A stretch of 64,000 nucleotides of DNA from Eledone cirrhosa (taxonomy: Eukaryota), in contig OZ024741.1 in assembly GCA_964016885.1 (NCBI GenBank), positions 299,026,001-299,090,000 of the forward strand, written 5' to 3'. Both the position numbers and the translations under genes were made by a program. The notes under the pieces were generated by a model. It was given only the letters and a program-made list of their open reading frames with translations. It had not been told where the DNA came from and ran no database searches. Shown here one piece after another: positions 1-13,599 of the stretch (positions are counted from its first letter, which is position 1; each line of letters begins with the position of its first letter).

Positions 1-446
1 TCTTTGAATGGGAATAAAAAAGAACATAAAACTTTAGTTGTAGAAGGCTGTTTTGATAATTAATTTATATTGAAAAGTTAATTTGATACAGTTTAAAGTG
101 AGATGATCTCTTTGCTCCAGTGTTTGTTAAATAAAGAGGTCATCTACTTGAATTAAACTTCATAGATTAGGCAACATTTGTGATTTTGTGTGCAATGTAT
201 TATTCTTTTCCTTTGAATTATTTGAAAATATTATTGTAGCTTTTCAGTGTTGGCATAAAACCTTCCATAGCCTAAATATGTATTTAAAAAAAAATTACAG
301 CGTTCATATTTTCAAAGTCTAATTGTCACAATAGTGAAATATGACTGTGCATCATATAAATTAAATCTTTTTCTCAGACTTATGAGAAATGCTAAAGCAA
401 TCTATTATGTATCAAGAGAATTATTCTTATTGTTTACGATAAAATC

Positions 447-475
447 GGCCCTAGTGGCCAATAAAAAAAAACAAC
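447..475 (+). mobile_element. Extremely 5'-truncated Tx1 3'-end insertion with 18-bp target-site duplication
   Basis: GGCCCTAGTGGCCAATAAAAAAAAACAAC matches the 3' end of the Tx1 relic near 40454 (GGCCCTCGTGGCCAATAAATGAAACA). Flanked by ATT(G/A)TTTACGATAAAATC at 429-446 and 476-493. Confidence 0.7.
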
Positions 476-770
476 ATTATTTACGATAAAATCAGTTCAG
501 AGAATTTACTAATAACATTACAGCATTCTTCCTAAAGCAGATTTTGTAATTGTATGTAAGTTCCTACAGAATAAGACAAAACTCACTTTATCTGATTGCT
601 TTCAACTTGTATGTTAATATAAGCGCGATAAAAGCCTGCCATTTGACATATTTACGCTTTATGTATAGCTACAGGTTTCCATCACCTGAAACACGAAAGA
701 TTACAATTCCATTGAATCTACATTTGCGCTTCTCAAAATTATTATATGTAACTTGTATTATATAATAAAA

Positions 771-960
771 GGGCGGTGAATTGGCAGTATCTGTAAAGGG
801 TCGGACGCCATGTTTTCTAGCATACTTACGTCCCTTTACGGTCTGAGTTCAAATCCCGTCGGGGTTAACTTTGCCTTTCATCCTTACGGGGTCGATAAAA
901 TAAAGTACCAGTAATGTACTGAGTAATTGCTGGCCTTGTGCCAAAAGTAGAAACAATTAT
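771..960 (+). mobile_element. tRNA-derived SINE (core GCCTTTCATCCTTACGGGGTCGATAAAATAAAGTACCA)
   Basis: A-box-like TGGCAGTATCTG, B-box GAGTTCAAATCC, core shared with at least five other copies in the window, tail CCTTGTG-N8-AGAAACAATTAT. Confidence 0.8.
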
Positions 961-1084
961 ATAATTTTTCAAGAGCAATAGTTATCACTAAAGGAAATAG
1001 TTTGTGGTATTTTGTTACTACTCTTTACGTGTTACGTTCAAGTTCTGCTTACTAGATTAAATTATTTTCAGTCAAGTATTCGAT

Positions 1085-1694
1085 AAGCAAAACAAGCATT
1101 CAGGCAGACTATCCGCCGATTTCCACTAAAGTTGGTGTGACACATTCAGTATCTCGGGGCCGCTTTCACGAGTAATAGAAGCTAGTAAGGTGAAGTAAGT
1201 TCAAAAATTGCAAGAGATGGTTAGGTAATGCACCAGCTTCAGCATTCGGTCATCAGTTAGGGAAGGTAGGGGGTAGAATCCAAACTCACTATCTACAATT
1301 CAGTGTCGTGCCAACCATTACCTATGATCATAATTCTTGGGTAATGACCGAAGGAATACGATAGCGGATACAAACGGTGGAAAGGGCACTCCACCGAAAT
1401 GTCTTTAGATAGAATGCGTAGATCGGAGTTCAGGGACTCACTGCAGGCTGAACCACTACTTCTGCGAATTGAGAAATCGGAGCATTTATACAGATAGTCT
1501 GAAGAATGAATCGGTTACCAAAGCTATCCATCTTTGGGCCCAGAGGTAAATGACGGACAATATTGTTAGATAATATCCATAAGTTGAGGTTGTCTCGCTT
1601 GGGAAATCCATTTGGATCAATTTAAGAAGGTTATTTCTGATAGGACCCATGGACAGGCGGGTTTCAGAACTTTTCCGGGAATAGGTGGATAGAA
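1085..1694 (+). mobile_element. Degenerate RTE-like LINE 3' fragment
   Basis: Residual translation PTITYDHNSWVMTEGIR*RIQTVE resembles the RTE post-RT region; related to 26990-27350. Confidence 0.55.

Positions 1695-1727
<33 letters not shown>
1695..1727 (+). repeat. (AAT)n microsatellite, left end of the retrotransposon train
   Basis: Direct reading. Confidence 0.95.
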
Positions 1728-1730
<3 letters not shown>

Positions 1731-2662
1731 GAACTGCTACAGAAACTGGCTAAGAAATGGCAAGAAAAGCCTCTGTATGGAAAATACCCAGAGCGAGCTA
1801 ACAATCCTGATGTTGACAAAACCTTAACCCATCAGTGGTTGGAATCCTCTGGACTGAAATCGGAGACTGAAGGACTGATTATATCAGCACAAGATCAGTG
1901 TCTGCCAACAAAAAATTACCAAGCCAACATAATAAAACATGGATGCAGCCCATTATGCCGTGTATGCAAAAAACAACCAGAGACCATTGACCATATAATT
2001 TCAATGTGCAGTCCTATAGCTCCAACCGAATACCAGGCATGACAGAGCTGCACAATACATACATTGGATAATGTGTAAGCATTTTGACCTGCCCCATCAA
2101 AAGAATTGGTGGGAGCATCAACCACCTCCCATACTTGAAAAAGATCACATCTCAATCTTGTGCAACTTTAGCATCCGAACAGACCGAAAAATAGATGCAA
2201 ATAGACCTGATATAATATTGAAGGACTTTAAAAAGAGGGTATGCCTGCTACTTGATATGTCTGTTCCAATAGACAAGAATGTATCTATAAAAACATTTGA
2301 AAAATTGAGCAAGTATAAGGACCTGGAGATAGAAATTGGAAAAATGTGGGAATTGAGAACTAAAACAATACCAGTGGTTGTAGGCGCTCTGGGAATGATA
2401 CCTAAGGGGTCTAATGATTACTTATCGAAAATCCCAGGAAACCCGCGTATAGGAGAAATACAAAAGATAGTACTAATGGGAACTGCCCATATACTAAGGA
2501 AGATTCTGTCCATATAAGTACATCACAAGTCTAAACACAAAAGATGCATGTGTGAGTATGTATGTTCTTTCTTGAACATGGCGGACCTTGTTGTCTCTTG
2601 AGGTCACTGGTTGTGACTTGGTGATAACTCGTATGAACATAAAGCAAGATAAATGCAACTGT
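1728..2662 (+). mobile_element. 5'-truncated R4/Dong-like RLE non-LTR retrotransposon, family A
   Basis: CRVC...ETIDHIISMC zinc knuckle and RPDII..D restriction-like endonuclease (ORFs 1839-2042, 2071-2517). Near-identical to 12645-13565, including the 3' UTR ending GATAAATGCAACTGT-(AAT)n. Confidence 0.9.
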
Positions 2663-2940
2663 AATAATAATAATAATAATAATAATAATGATTTCTTTAT
2701 TAACCACAAGGGTTTATATAAAGTAGACATTAAGGACAGTGCAGGACAATACAGTACGGTACAAATGGGCATTTCTGCGTGTAAAAAACAAAAACAGAGG
2801 ATGTAACAAAAAAATAACAATGAAAAATTCCCCAATAGGGGGGAGACTTCGGAGGGACATTTGTGGAGAAAGCCCAGTAAAAGGCCACAGTAATCCTGAC
2901 CACCAAGGCAAGTGCCCTCTCCCAGTTTTCCACCTTTAAT

Positions 2941-5900
2941 TTACAGATATATACTCAGAGTGGGCCCATTCACTCGGGCCATTCTTGCTACACTCACCCA
3001 TCTTTCAACAAAATGCTGGGAAGAGAGCACTTCCCTCTCTACTCTGATTTTCCTTTTCAAATGAAATTTGAAAAAGTCAATCAGAGCATCACCGACGAGG
3101 CAAGTACTCGTCTTCAGCCCTTTCAGACGTGTCCACCAAACTATCTCTTTCGCCATGGCCACCAGACAGATAAAAACTGCCAGCCCTTCCCGGCTAAAGG
3201 AGGAGGGCGGGGCAATCCTCACAATGGACTCAGATGATAGCCGGATCCGTCCTACACGCAACAGCAGGTGTTCGCCATAAACCCACAAGTCAGCAATTTT
3301 CGGACACTGGACGAGTGCGTGCAGGACGGTTTCGTCGCCCTGCGCGCATCTCGGACATGCCCGGCTGACGGCACTTCCATGCCTGTAGAGTTTATCCCGA
3401 ACTGGCAAGGCTCCTCCGTAGCACTGCCAGGCCAGAGATTTCTGGAAGTTGTCCATAGGCCCTGGCCCGAAAGTTCTTCCGAAGAGTTTGGCTAGTTGAT
3501 TTTCGTCGACGCCTAGAGTTTCCCCAAGTACGTCGTCGCTCTTCCCCTCCACTAATCCTCTATAGAACGCCGAGGTGGAGTTTCCACCGATCACATTGCC
3601 CGATTGGTCGAGGGCTGTGAGCGCCTGAAGACATTCCAGTCTCCAAAGCGCTCCCTCTCGGTCTTCGCTTGACCCAGGACTGCAGCTCCGTCAAGGAAAC
3701 GAGCTGGGGAAATACGTGTCTAGCAAACGGCGACCACACCTGATCACCGTCGAGGATGAGGTGCAGATGTCGTAGCCTGAGCGCGTGCCTGCGCATCATC
3801 AGCCACGGCATGCCCAGCCCTCCACGTAGCGGGTGTTGACAACAGATGGACCGCCTGACCATCGTAGCGCGTCCCTTCCACAAAAAGCGAAAGAGCAAAC
3901 TTCCAGCGCAGTCAGGCGAGGCTTGGGACAAGGTACGACGGTCAGGCGGTAGCAGATGACAGACGCGATGTACGCGTTAGCCACCTCCTCTCGACCTTTC
4001 GGGGATATCTTCCTCTCCCCCCATTTCTGGGTGAGAGAAGCCACCCTGCTCGTCACTTCGTCCCAGTTTTTGTCCGTCTGGAGGTCCGGACCGAACCAGA
4101 CCCCTAGCAATTTAACCGGTCCGTCCGTCCAGCGTCCGACGACGCTGTTGGACGGCATGGACCTGCCTCTCCAGGTGCCAAGCTGCAGGCCCAATGACTT
4201 TTCCTGGTTTATCATTGCTCCTGTCACCGCTTCGTATTCTCTTAGTGTAGTGCCGATCGCCTCGATGTGTTTGGCGTTCGACACCACTACGGTGACATCG
4301 TCCGCATATGCTGACACGGATCTTCCGCATCCTAGTTCGCGCGGGACCCCCCTCAACGTCTCCAGTTTGTGCAGTAATGGCTCGAGGGTCAATACGTACA
4401 AGAGGGACGAGAGGGGACATCCTTGGCAGACCGAGCGCATGATGTTGAACTGTTCCGACAGTTGACCGTTCACTCTCACCACAGAGCAGATGTCGCTGTG
4501 CATGGCAGCGATCCAGCCTCTGAAGACGGGCCCAAAGCCAGCCGCCGTCAGGACAGCCGCTAGGTTTAATGGTCGACCCTATCGAAAGCTTTCGACTGAT
4601 CTAAATTGATCAAGGACCCACCCGTGCCAGGTTCCCTAGCTACCCTCTCTACGATGTATCGCATGAGGTGGAGGTTGTCGTGGGTGGATCTGTCGGGAAT
4701 GGCGCATGTCTGCGCCTCTCCCACCAGACCACCAACGACAAGCGCCAACCTCTTTGCTAGCACCTTGGCCAAAATCTTGAACTCTGTGTTTAGCAGAGTT
4801 ATGGGCCGGGAATTATCTATGTTATCCCCCTTGTTCGGATCCTTTCTCAGCAGTTCCACCGCTCCTCGGCTCACCGAACTGGGAATTCTCCCGTTCTGTT
4901 GCCAGTTGTAGTAGACGTCCGCCAAGAGGCCTCCGAACAAGTCTGGCATCTGTACGTAAAGTTCATAGGGCAGACCATCCAAACCAGGTGATTTACCCCT
5001 TGTGCAGCCAGTCATTGCCTCCCTTACTTCAGCGGCTGTTATCGGCTTTTCGCAACACTTCGCCTCAGTGGCCGAGAGCCGCGGCAGTCCGTCGAGGTAG
5101 ACAACAAAGTCCATCCCTCGACCCGGCCCACCGCTGCCCCCGAACAGCTGAACTAAGTGTCGCTGAAAAGCTTCACACATTTGCCCGGGATCGAGTAGCA
5201 TGCGCCCGTCGTGGTCCACCAAAGACCGGATCGTGGCTTTGTTGCCACGACGCGCCTCCGCCACTCGGGCCCATTGAACGGCTTTCGTCCCCTCGTGTCT
5301 GAGAGCACGCACCCTTGCTCTGACAACGCAGCCTTCGTGTTTTGCATTTAAGAATTGGTCAAGGGCCAATTTCGCCGCAGGCACGTCGGTCGCAATGCCT
5401 TTGCTAAGCGCCTCGTCTAATTTTCTAACTAGTTCTCCCTCTGCTCTATTTTTCTCTATTGCTAAAGCCTTACTAAACCTAATCGATTCTATTCTAATCG
5501 CTCTTTTCAGAGCAAACCACCACTTGTTGTTGACAATGGCCCCCGTCAACGCCCGCTTAACTAGTTCGCTAATCCGGTCTCTGTAGGCGTGGCGCGCTGG
5601 TAAGGACGCGTTTAGCTTCCAGTAGCCGGGTCCTCGTCTATGAAGCCTATCTAAGTCAAGCACACAGATCACGAATTTGAGGTCCGTGTAGCTGACTATC
5701 TTGAATTGTGGACAGCCTATGCTAGACCTATCTATTTCCCTACAAAATACTCTGTCTAGATATGATCTGGATGACCCTATGCGATTTGTCCAAGTCCACA
5801 ATGGTACATTCTGGAAATCCAATCGGTACCTGTCAGACAGTTCAAAACGCCTGAGCAGGTTGGTGAGGCTCTTGCACCCTCCACCCCTATCCGCTAATCC

Positions 5901-6359
5901 CACATAGTCCCAGCGTGCATCTAAGATCCCGTTCCAGTCGCCCACTAACACTAAAGAACGGGACGTTCCAAGGAAGGTCTCCAGACGCCGGAAGAAATCA
6001 GGCCGCCCTGCTCCTGTCGGGGCATAGACGGCCACTAGCCTGAAAGCTTGCCCGTCTCCGCTGGTCACGTCCAGCAGGACCAACTTAGCCTCTGGGTCCA
6101 GGAAGATGGCCCGTATGGCGAGATCCAAACCTCTCCGAAAAAGCACAGCAACTCCTCCCCCCGATCCAGGACGGCTGGGAGATGCGTACACATCGTAGCC
6201 GCCGAAGATCGGTGCGAAGGCTCGTGCTTCGGAGATTCTGGTCTCGCTGATGGCCACTACATCTATGTTTAGTGACCTGAGGTCGTTGAGCAGGTGACCC
6301 TGCTTCCATGACGACCCCAAGCCACGCGCATTTATGCTGCCTATTGTGAGTGAGGTCAT
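2941..6359 (-). pseudogene. Tx1 ORF2 (APE endonuclease, RT, zinc finger), broken into four pieces
   Basis: ORFs 4566-6359, 3799-4503, 3560-3931 and 2941-3594 tile the intact 1139-aa ORF2 of copy 2. SINARG, GDWN, SYLDR, KAFDRV, YADD and CPRC motifs present. Confidence 0.9.
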
Positions 6360-6394
6360 GTTTAAAATAGAGTGGAAAAGATGGGAAAGACCAC

Positions 6395-8497
6395 TTACCG
6401 TATTTTTCGTAGAGGAGGGATGGTTTTTACATCCCTTTTCACTTGATCGTCTGGTGAAGGGACCGTTGAATCGTCCCTTCGGCTGGTCATCGGCTCTTCT
6501 ATGAGTATGTTCGAATATACTTTTCGGTTGACAGTTCCTCCTAGGTCTCTGAAATCACCAACTGCGTTGGGGAATTTCGTTTTAATGTTTGTGTATTGTT
6601 TCTGTGCTATTTTTAGCAGTCTTATGTTAGTTGGCGTTTTGATTGGTGCTGGTATTATGTAGTCGTGTTGTGAAATGTCTGTGTGTTCAATTATGTAAGT
6701 CATTAGTTTCTTGTTGTGTGTATTTATTGCCGTGCATTTGTTTTTCTGGGGGTGGGGTGTGGTTCTGCTATTTTCTTGTCGTTTTTGCTGGGTGTGTGTG
6801 TTTTGTTGTTGTGTTTGCGATGTTGGTGCTTGTGGTGGTGGTGTTGAAGGTGTTGTTGTTGTTGGCGGTGGGGTTGTCGCCGGTGGTGATGGTGGTGCTA
6901 GTGTGGGTGGTGATGGTGTTGGTGGTGTTGCTGCTGTGAGTCTCTTTGCAGTAGCCTTTACCCTTTTTTCATTTCTTTCCTCCCTTTTCAAAGGCGACGA
7001 TGCGCTGCTTCTGCGTTTGTGCCTTCTTACGACCTTTTGCCATCCCTCTCCCACCTCACACTCCATGTCTGATTCTGTGAGGTCGGGGAGGGGTACCAGC
7101 TCCACTCTTTCACTTGTTGTTGTTGGTGATGTTTGCACTGGAGTCTCTGTTGCAGCTGCATTTGGTATTGCTGTTGTTGTTGTTGTTAATACTTCCACTG
7201 CTGTTGCTGTTTTTGATTTCCGTGGCGTGGGTATGGGTGCCACGGACCTATCGTTCCTGGTTGCCGCTTGTCCTGTTGCTGGTAGCCGTGGAGCCGGTTT
7301 CGGAAGGAGGGGGTTTTCTCCTTTCTCAGGGTCTTCTCGTTGCAGAAGGCCCTGAGGTGAGTCTTCGATCCACAGCGTAAGCATTTCGGGCGTTTGCCTC
7401 AGCACTTATGGGCAGTTGAGTGCCGTTATCGAAGTCTATCACATCCGGGATGGCTTCGATGCACTGCTGGTTGGTTTGGATTAACATCTCAATGGAGGTG
7501 CCGACCCAATCTTCTCTTACTTTTTTCTGTACTTGCAGTACAGTTGTTTTGTCCTCGATTCCGACGAGGACAGACGCGGCCAGCCAAGAAGGGGCCATCC
7601 CGGGGGCTTGTGGGTCAGTTTGACCCTCACAATTTTTTGTCCGCAGTAGGAGGGCACCAACACCATTTCCTCGCTCCTTAGGGTCACTACGGATTGAGCC
7701 TTTGCCTCCTGGGGTGTGGCAAAATGTACGTCTACGGTGGCATATTTCTTGCCTCGGGTGATGTGTGTTTTCCGCTGCCACACAGACCCCAAGGCTTTTT
7801 GTATTTGAGCCTCTGTGGCTCTTTCCACCCTACGGGATTTTGTACTTACTGTACGGTACGTGACCGTACAGTACTGTTGGGTTTCGAAAGATTTTTCCGC
7901 TGCCTTGCAGATTGCTCGGTGTCCAGTTTTTGTCACCATCTTCTTCGCTTCCTCTAATTCCTCATTTGTTATGAGGATTGTTTCCAGGTTCTTCGCGATA
8001 CCTGCAAACGAGATTGGTTTTTCTTTGCTGCTGTTGTTGTTGTCGTCAGAGCTGCTGTTACTTTTGTTGTTGCTGCAGGTACTACGACTACTGCCGCCGC
8101 CGCTGTTGCTGTGGTTGTTGTTGTTGTTGCTGCTGCTAATGCTGTTGTTGTTTATGCTGCTGCTGATGCCGTTGCGGCTGCTACTGTTGTTTTCATTGTC
8201 ACTGTTGCTGTTGTTATTACGGCTGCTACTGCTATTATTCCTGACGTCAGACGAATGAAATGGGTGTTCGTATTTCCCGCACATCTGTTTCGTCGTGGTC
8301 GTCGTCGTGGAGAAATCTTGCACGCTTTGCACGAGACTTTTCTTTTCTGTCGTCGCTTGCGAAAGAGAAGGGAGGGAGAGAGACATATTTAAAGAAGGGA
8401 GGGAGAGAGACAATCTTCTCTCTGCTGTAGTGACGATTGAGGAAGAAGAAGACGGAATGAGTGGGAGTGACCTATGAAAATTATTTTTCGTAGCCAT
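6395..8497 (-). pseudogene. Tx1 ORF1 (gag-like), frameshifted
   Basis: ORFs 7517-8530, 7326-7781 and 6395-7405 tile the 698-aa ORF1 of copy 2. Confidence 0.85.
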
Positions 8498-9037
8498 GTT
8501 GTTTTTTTGTTTAAAATAAATATTGGGCACAAAACCCCAATAAGCAGTTATTTAACCCCGAAGGGCCAAATAACGGGCAGAAAGACCCCTCTCAAGAGGA
8601 GGAGGGTGTTTTTGTCTACAAGTTGGTAAAAGTTTTAAACAATTTACAATTGTTATAGCGGTTAAAATTTACAATACCTTACAGAGCCGAGCCTCCGTCA
8701 ACCATAGCATTCAATAATAATAATAATAATAATAATTCTAAGGGACGAAGACGCACGTGGTGGTAGAAGGTCATGAAATCGCTCCCAAAATGGTTATAAA
8801 TGGAAAAAAAAACCCTCTGTATACACTATATAGAACAGCCAAATAACAGCAATTTCACCAACACCAGAAACTTGTTACACCACCTACGCCATCACCCCGC
8901 TGTGTACACTAAATATAACAGCCAGATAACGACAATTTCACCACCACCACCACCAATCCCAGCATCATAATAATAATTACTATTATTATTGTCTCAAGTT
9001 TTAACAAAATGTTTAATTCCAATATTAAGGGAATATG

Positions 9038-9179
9038 TCAACACATATATTAAACATACGCGACACAAACGCATAGATACTACAGATCAAACAAAACTAG
9101 TCTATTCAACACATATATTAAACATACGCGACACAAACGCATAGATACTACATATCAAACAAAACTAGTCCATTCAACA
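9038..9179. repeat. Two tandem copies of a ~69-bp unit
   Basis: CAACACATATATTAAACATACGCGACACAAACGCATAGATACTACA..CAAACAAAACTAGTC.ATT occurs twice. Confidence 0.85.
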
Positions 9180-9518
9180 AAACTCAGTAACGACAACGCC
9201 ACCGCCGCCACCACTCCATCCATCATTGCTACCACTATCCCATCACCGCCGCCACCACTCCTTCATTGCTACCACCACTATTCCCCTGTTAACTTAAGAA
9301 AGGAAGAAAGGGGAAGGTGGCGGTATTACTAGACAAGGGAGAGGCTAGCAAAAGATATAAATAGATTGACTTAGTGACCCGGCCACCGGCCAAACGTCAA
9401 CAACTATGGCACTGCTGGCTCCCCCCTTCCTCACCAACAATATAAAAAGCCCCAGCACCACCACCGATATAGCCAACAACAATAACAGGCAACTTCAGCA
9501 AAAAGTATATTATATTAT

Positions 9519-9577
9519 TGTAATGCACTGGGTAATTGCTGGCCTTGTGCTTGGAGTGGAGACAATTATTAATAATT
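9519..9577 (+). mobile_element. SINE 3' fragment
   Basis: GTAATGCACTGGGTAATTGCTGGCCTTGTG...GACAATTATT matches 911-960. Confidence 0.65.
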
Positions 9578-9649
9578 TCATTCTTAAGCCACGCAATGCT
9601 CACATTAAGGAACCACTCATGATAATAACAATTTAAAAAACAACAAAAA

Positions 9650-12600
9650 AGAAAACCCCGTGACCAAGAAATACCGGGATGGCGGCCGGCGGGGAATAGC
9701 CGTGTCTCTATGGGAGAACGACCCCTCTAGTCTTGGTTGACACTCGTTCTAGAAGTGGTAACACGAAATGATTACCCCTTGGCGGATAAGGATAAAACGC
9801 GACAAAATAAAGTAAATGTCTAATGATAAAATCTCATACCGGATCGGCCGTCACCCGGGTAAAAAAGGGCCGCGTCCCTCAGAGAGGAACCAGACTGGGG
9901 TCGAAAAATCAGCTAATGGTTCAAACCTTCCCATCACTTTGGAGTTGGAGACCTCCCATAACCGGAATACTCCTACTGTTGGTCCTCCATGCTCACCACC
10001 AAGAAATCCAAAGAAAAAGAGAGAAAAATGGTCAAGGGAAGATAATAAAGAAGTCCTTGAGGCTTTCTACACTGCCATGTACTACCCATCAAATACATCG
10101 AATACAGAACAGACATATATCAACTGGAAAAAGAAACATCCCGAAAACAGAGGCTATATTGACAGTAACAAACTAGCCAATATACGAAGAAATATTGTAA
10201 AAAAAAAGTTACTAACTGATATAGACATTGATCAGATCAAGCTATTAGCACAAAGTCAGCGAAGGGAAAATGAAACATGTGTCAGTGAAAACGAGGTAAA
10301 TTGTAACACTTCGAATCCCAGGGTTGGGGCGGAATCACTGGCAACAGAACAAATTAAAGAAAGGATCGAAAAAGATGAATCTCCAAATGAAAATAATGAG
10401 ATCGTAAATGATAAAGAAATGAACGAGAATGAACTTGCCAACTTGAAGGATGAAATTATGATCGAATGAATGAACATGAAAGAATCTGACATGGGGCAAC
10501 GAGACACCCTCCCTAACATCCAGAACTCCAAACAGAACCAAAAGATAATACACAAGACTAACATAATTCTCAAAAACATTATCATCACAAACAAACTAAA
10601 CATTACTGATTTAAATCATCTCTATTATGCATCGGCTAAAGTCACCACTCACTTATGTGGAGTGAAGATGAAAAAACAAAGGAATTCCCACAAGAAATCT
10701 ACTTGGAAAGAGAACATCAATCGCCAAATAAACCTTCTCCGATCTGACATAGAAATGTTAACAAACTATAAAGTAGGTGAACATGTTAAACAAACTAAAC
10801 TTAGAAAATTGAAAAGAAAGTACAGAATAAAATCAACAAGTGACATAGACATGCTGATAGAAATAATCAAGCAAAAAGTGTCGGCCAAAGCTGCTCGTAT
10901 AAGGCGCTTTGAAAAACGATCTAGATTCTATAAGGACAATAATATGTTCAAAAACAACCAAAGAAACTTCTACAGAAAAATTGGTAAGTCAACAATAACT
11001 GCTAAATCAATACCACCCAAGGAGGAAGTGCAAGAATTCTCGGAAAAGATCTGGGCCGAAGAAAAAGTTCATAACATACATGCCCCATGGATAGACAGAC
11101 AAATGAAAGATACAGCTCACTTTGAAGAACAAATATGGGAAAATATAACAGTTGAACAGTTGCGCTTGGCTCTAAGAAAAACCAGCAAATGGAAATCCCC
11201 AGGAAAAGACAAAATACAAAATGTTTAGATAAATGCCTTCACAGAGTCTCATGAGCTGTTAGCCCAACTTTACAATGAAATAGTTAAGGAGCCAGAAAAG
11301 ATACCATCATGGCTAGTTAACGGCATTACATTCCTGCTTCCAAAGAACGATGAGACAAACAATCCCAAAAATGACAGACCGATAACTTGCTTGACCACAA
11401 TGTATAACATTTTAACATCAGTCCTAACTGAATATACATATGACCACCTGATAACAAATGACCTATTTCCCATTGAGCAGAAAGGGTGTAAACGAGGCTC
11501 ATATGGCTGTAAGGATCAGCTTCTGGTTAACAAAATGATACTGGAAGATTGTCATAATAGACACAAAAATCTATCAATTGCTTGGATAGATTTTTAAAAA
11601 GTATTCGATAGTTTGCCACACAGTTGGATTGAAAAATGTTTAGAGATTTTCAAAATATCCCCCGTTGTCAGGAGGTTTTTGTCATTCAGTATGAAGACAT
11701 GGAAAACGACACTCCTTTTGAATTTGTGAAACAAAATCACTGGAAGCTGGAGAAGTTAATATTAATTGTGGAATTTTTCAGGGTGACTCTTTATCACCGC
11801 TTTTATTCTGCATCTCACTTATACCATTAAGTAAAATGCTCAATGAAACAAAACATGGATATAAAGTCTATGACAAAACCATTAATCACTTGTTCTACAT
11901 GGATGACCTGAAACTATTTGCAAAAAATGATGAACAATTGCAAGGGCTATTATCCACTGTGGAGCAGTTCAGTGATGACATTAAAATGAAGTTTGGATTA
12001 GATAAATGCGCCAAAAGCAACGTTCACCAGAGGAAAGTTGCTGAAGAGTTCAGACATTAATCTTGATCGGGGGAACGTGATAAGAGAACTTGATCAAGAA
12101 AAACATCTAGGTGTTTGTGAAGGAGACGGAATCAAGCACTCGACAATGAGGGAAAGGATAAGGAAGGAATGTTACCGCAGAGTAAGAGCAATCTTAAGAA
12201 CGGAATTCAATGCAAGGAATAGGATCGATGCCATAAACACGCTTGCCATACCAGAAGTAACCTACAGTTACACTGTCATCAACTGGTCAAGCACAGAGAT
12301 CCGTAGGCTCGATACAAAAATTCGAAAATTCTTAACCATGCACAGAATGCATCACCCTAAGGCAGATACAGATAGAATATATCTCCCTAGGAAAGAAGGA
12401 GGACGTGGGTTAATCCAGTTTGACATTGCGTTGAAAACTGCAACAATTGGATTATCTACATATCTAAGGGAATCACATGATTGGATGATCAAACTCGTTT
12501 TGAAACACGAAAGCATCAAAAGATCATACTCCATTACAAAAGATGCACAAAGATACAGTAATGGACTACACATTCCAGAGGTCCCATTTACTGCTGAAAT

Positions 12601-13563
12601 GGAAAACACAGAAAAAGCAAAGCAGGTAAAAGTAACTGCAAAGAAAGAACTGCTACAGAAACTGGCTAAGAAATGGCAAGAAAAGCCTCTGTATGGAAAA
12701 TACCCAGAAGGAGCTAAGAATCCTGATGTTGACAAAACTTTAACCCATCAGTGGTTGGCATCCTCTGGACTGAAATCGGAGACTGAAGGACTGATTATAT
12801 CAGCACAAGATTAGTATCTGCCAACAAAAAATTACCAAGCCAACATAATAAAAAAACGGATGCAGCCCATTATGCCGTGTATGCAAAAAACAACCAGAGA
12901 CCATTGACCATATAATTTCAATGTGCAGTCCTATAGCTCCAATCGAATACCTAAACAGGCATGACAGAGCTGCACAATACATACATTGGATAATGTGTAA
13001 GCATTTTGACCTGCCACATCAAAAGAATTGGTGGGAGCATCAACCACCTCCCATACTTGAAAAAGATCACATCTCAATCTTGTGGAAATTTAGCATCCAA
13101 AGAGACCGAAAAATAGATGCAAATAGACCTGATATATTATTGAAGGACTGCTAATTGATATGTCCGTTCCAATAGACAATAATGTATATATAAAAACATT
13201 TGAAAAATTGAGCAACTATCAGGACCTGGAGATAGAAATTGGAGAAATGTGGAAATTGAGAACTAAAACAATACCAGTGGTTGTAGGCGCTCTGGGAATG
13301 ATACCTAAGGGGTCTAATGATTACTTATCGCAGATCCCAGGAAACCCGCGTATAGGAGAAATATAAAAGATAGTACTAATGGGAACTGCCCATATACTAA
13401 GGAAGATTCTGTCAATATAAGTACATCACAAGTCTAAACACTAAAGATGCATGTGTGAGTATGTATGTTCTTTCTTGAACATGGCGGACCTTGTTGTCTC
13501 TTGAGGTCACTGGTTGTGACTTGGTGATAACTCGTATGAACATAAAGCAAGATAAATGCAACT

Positions 13564-13565
<2 letters not shown>
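9650..13565 (+). mobile_element. Near full-length R4/Dong-like RLE non-LTR retrotransposon, family A, disrupted
   Basis: Single ORF remnant 9816 to about 13417: N-terminal KWSREDNKEVLEAFY (Myb-like), KSPGKD, EQKGCKRGSYGCKDQL, HLFYMDDLKL, CCHC knuckle, RHD, RPDI. Many stops and frameshifts; ends in (AAT)n. The 5' boundary is approximate. Confidence 0.9.

Positions 13566-13597
<32 letters not shown>

Positions 13598-13599
<2 letters not shown>

Larger units (their letters stand above)
2690..8712 (-). mobile_element. Full-length Tx1-clade (L1 group) non-LTR retrotransposon, copy 1, frameshifted
   Basis: Same termini as copy 2 (5' GAATGC..., 3' ...AATAAAGAAATC-(ATT)n). Flanked by (AAT)n at 2663-2689 and 8713-8736. 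Confidence 0.93.
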
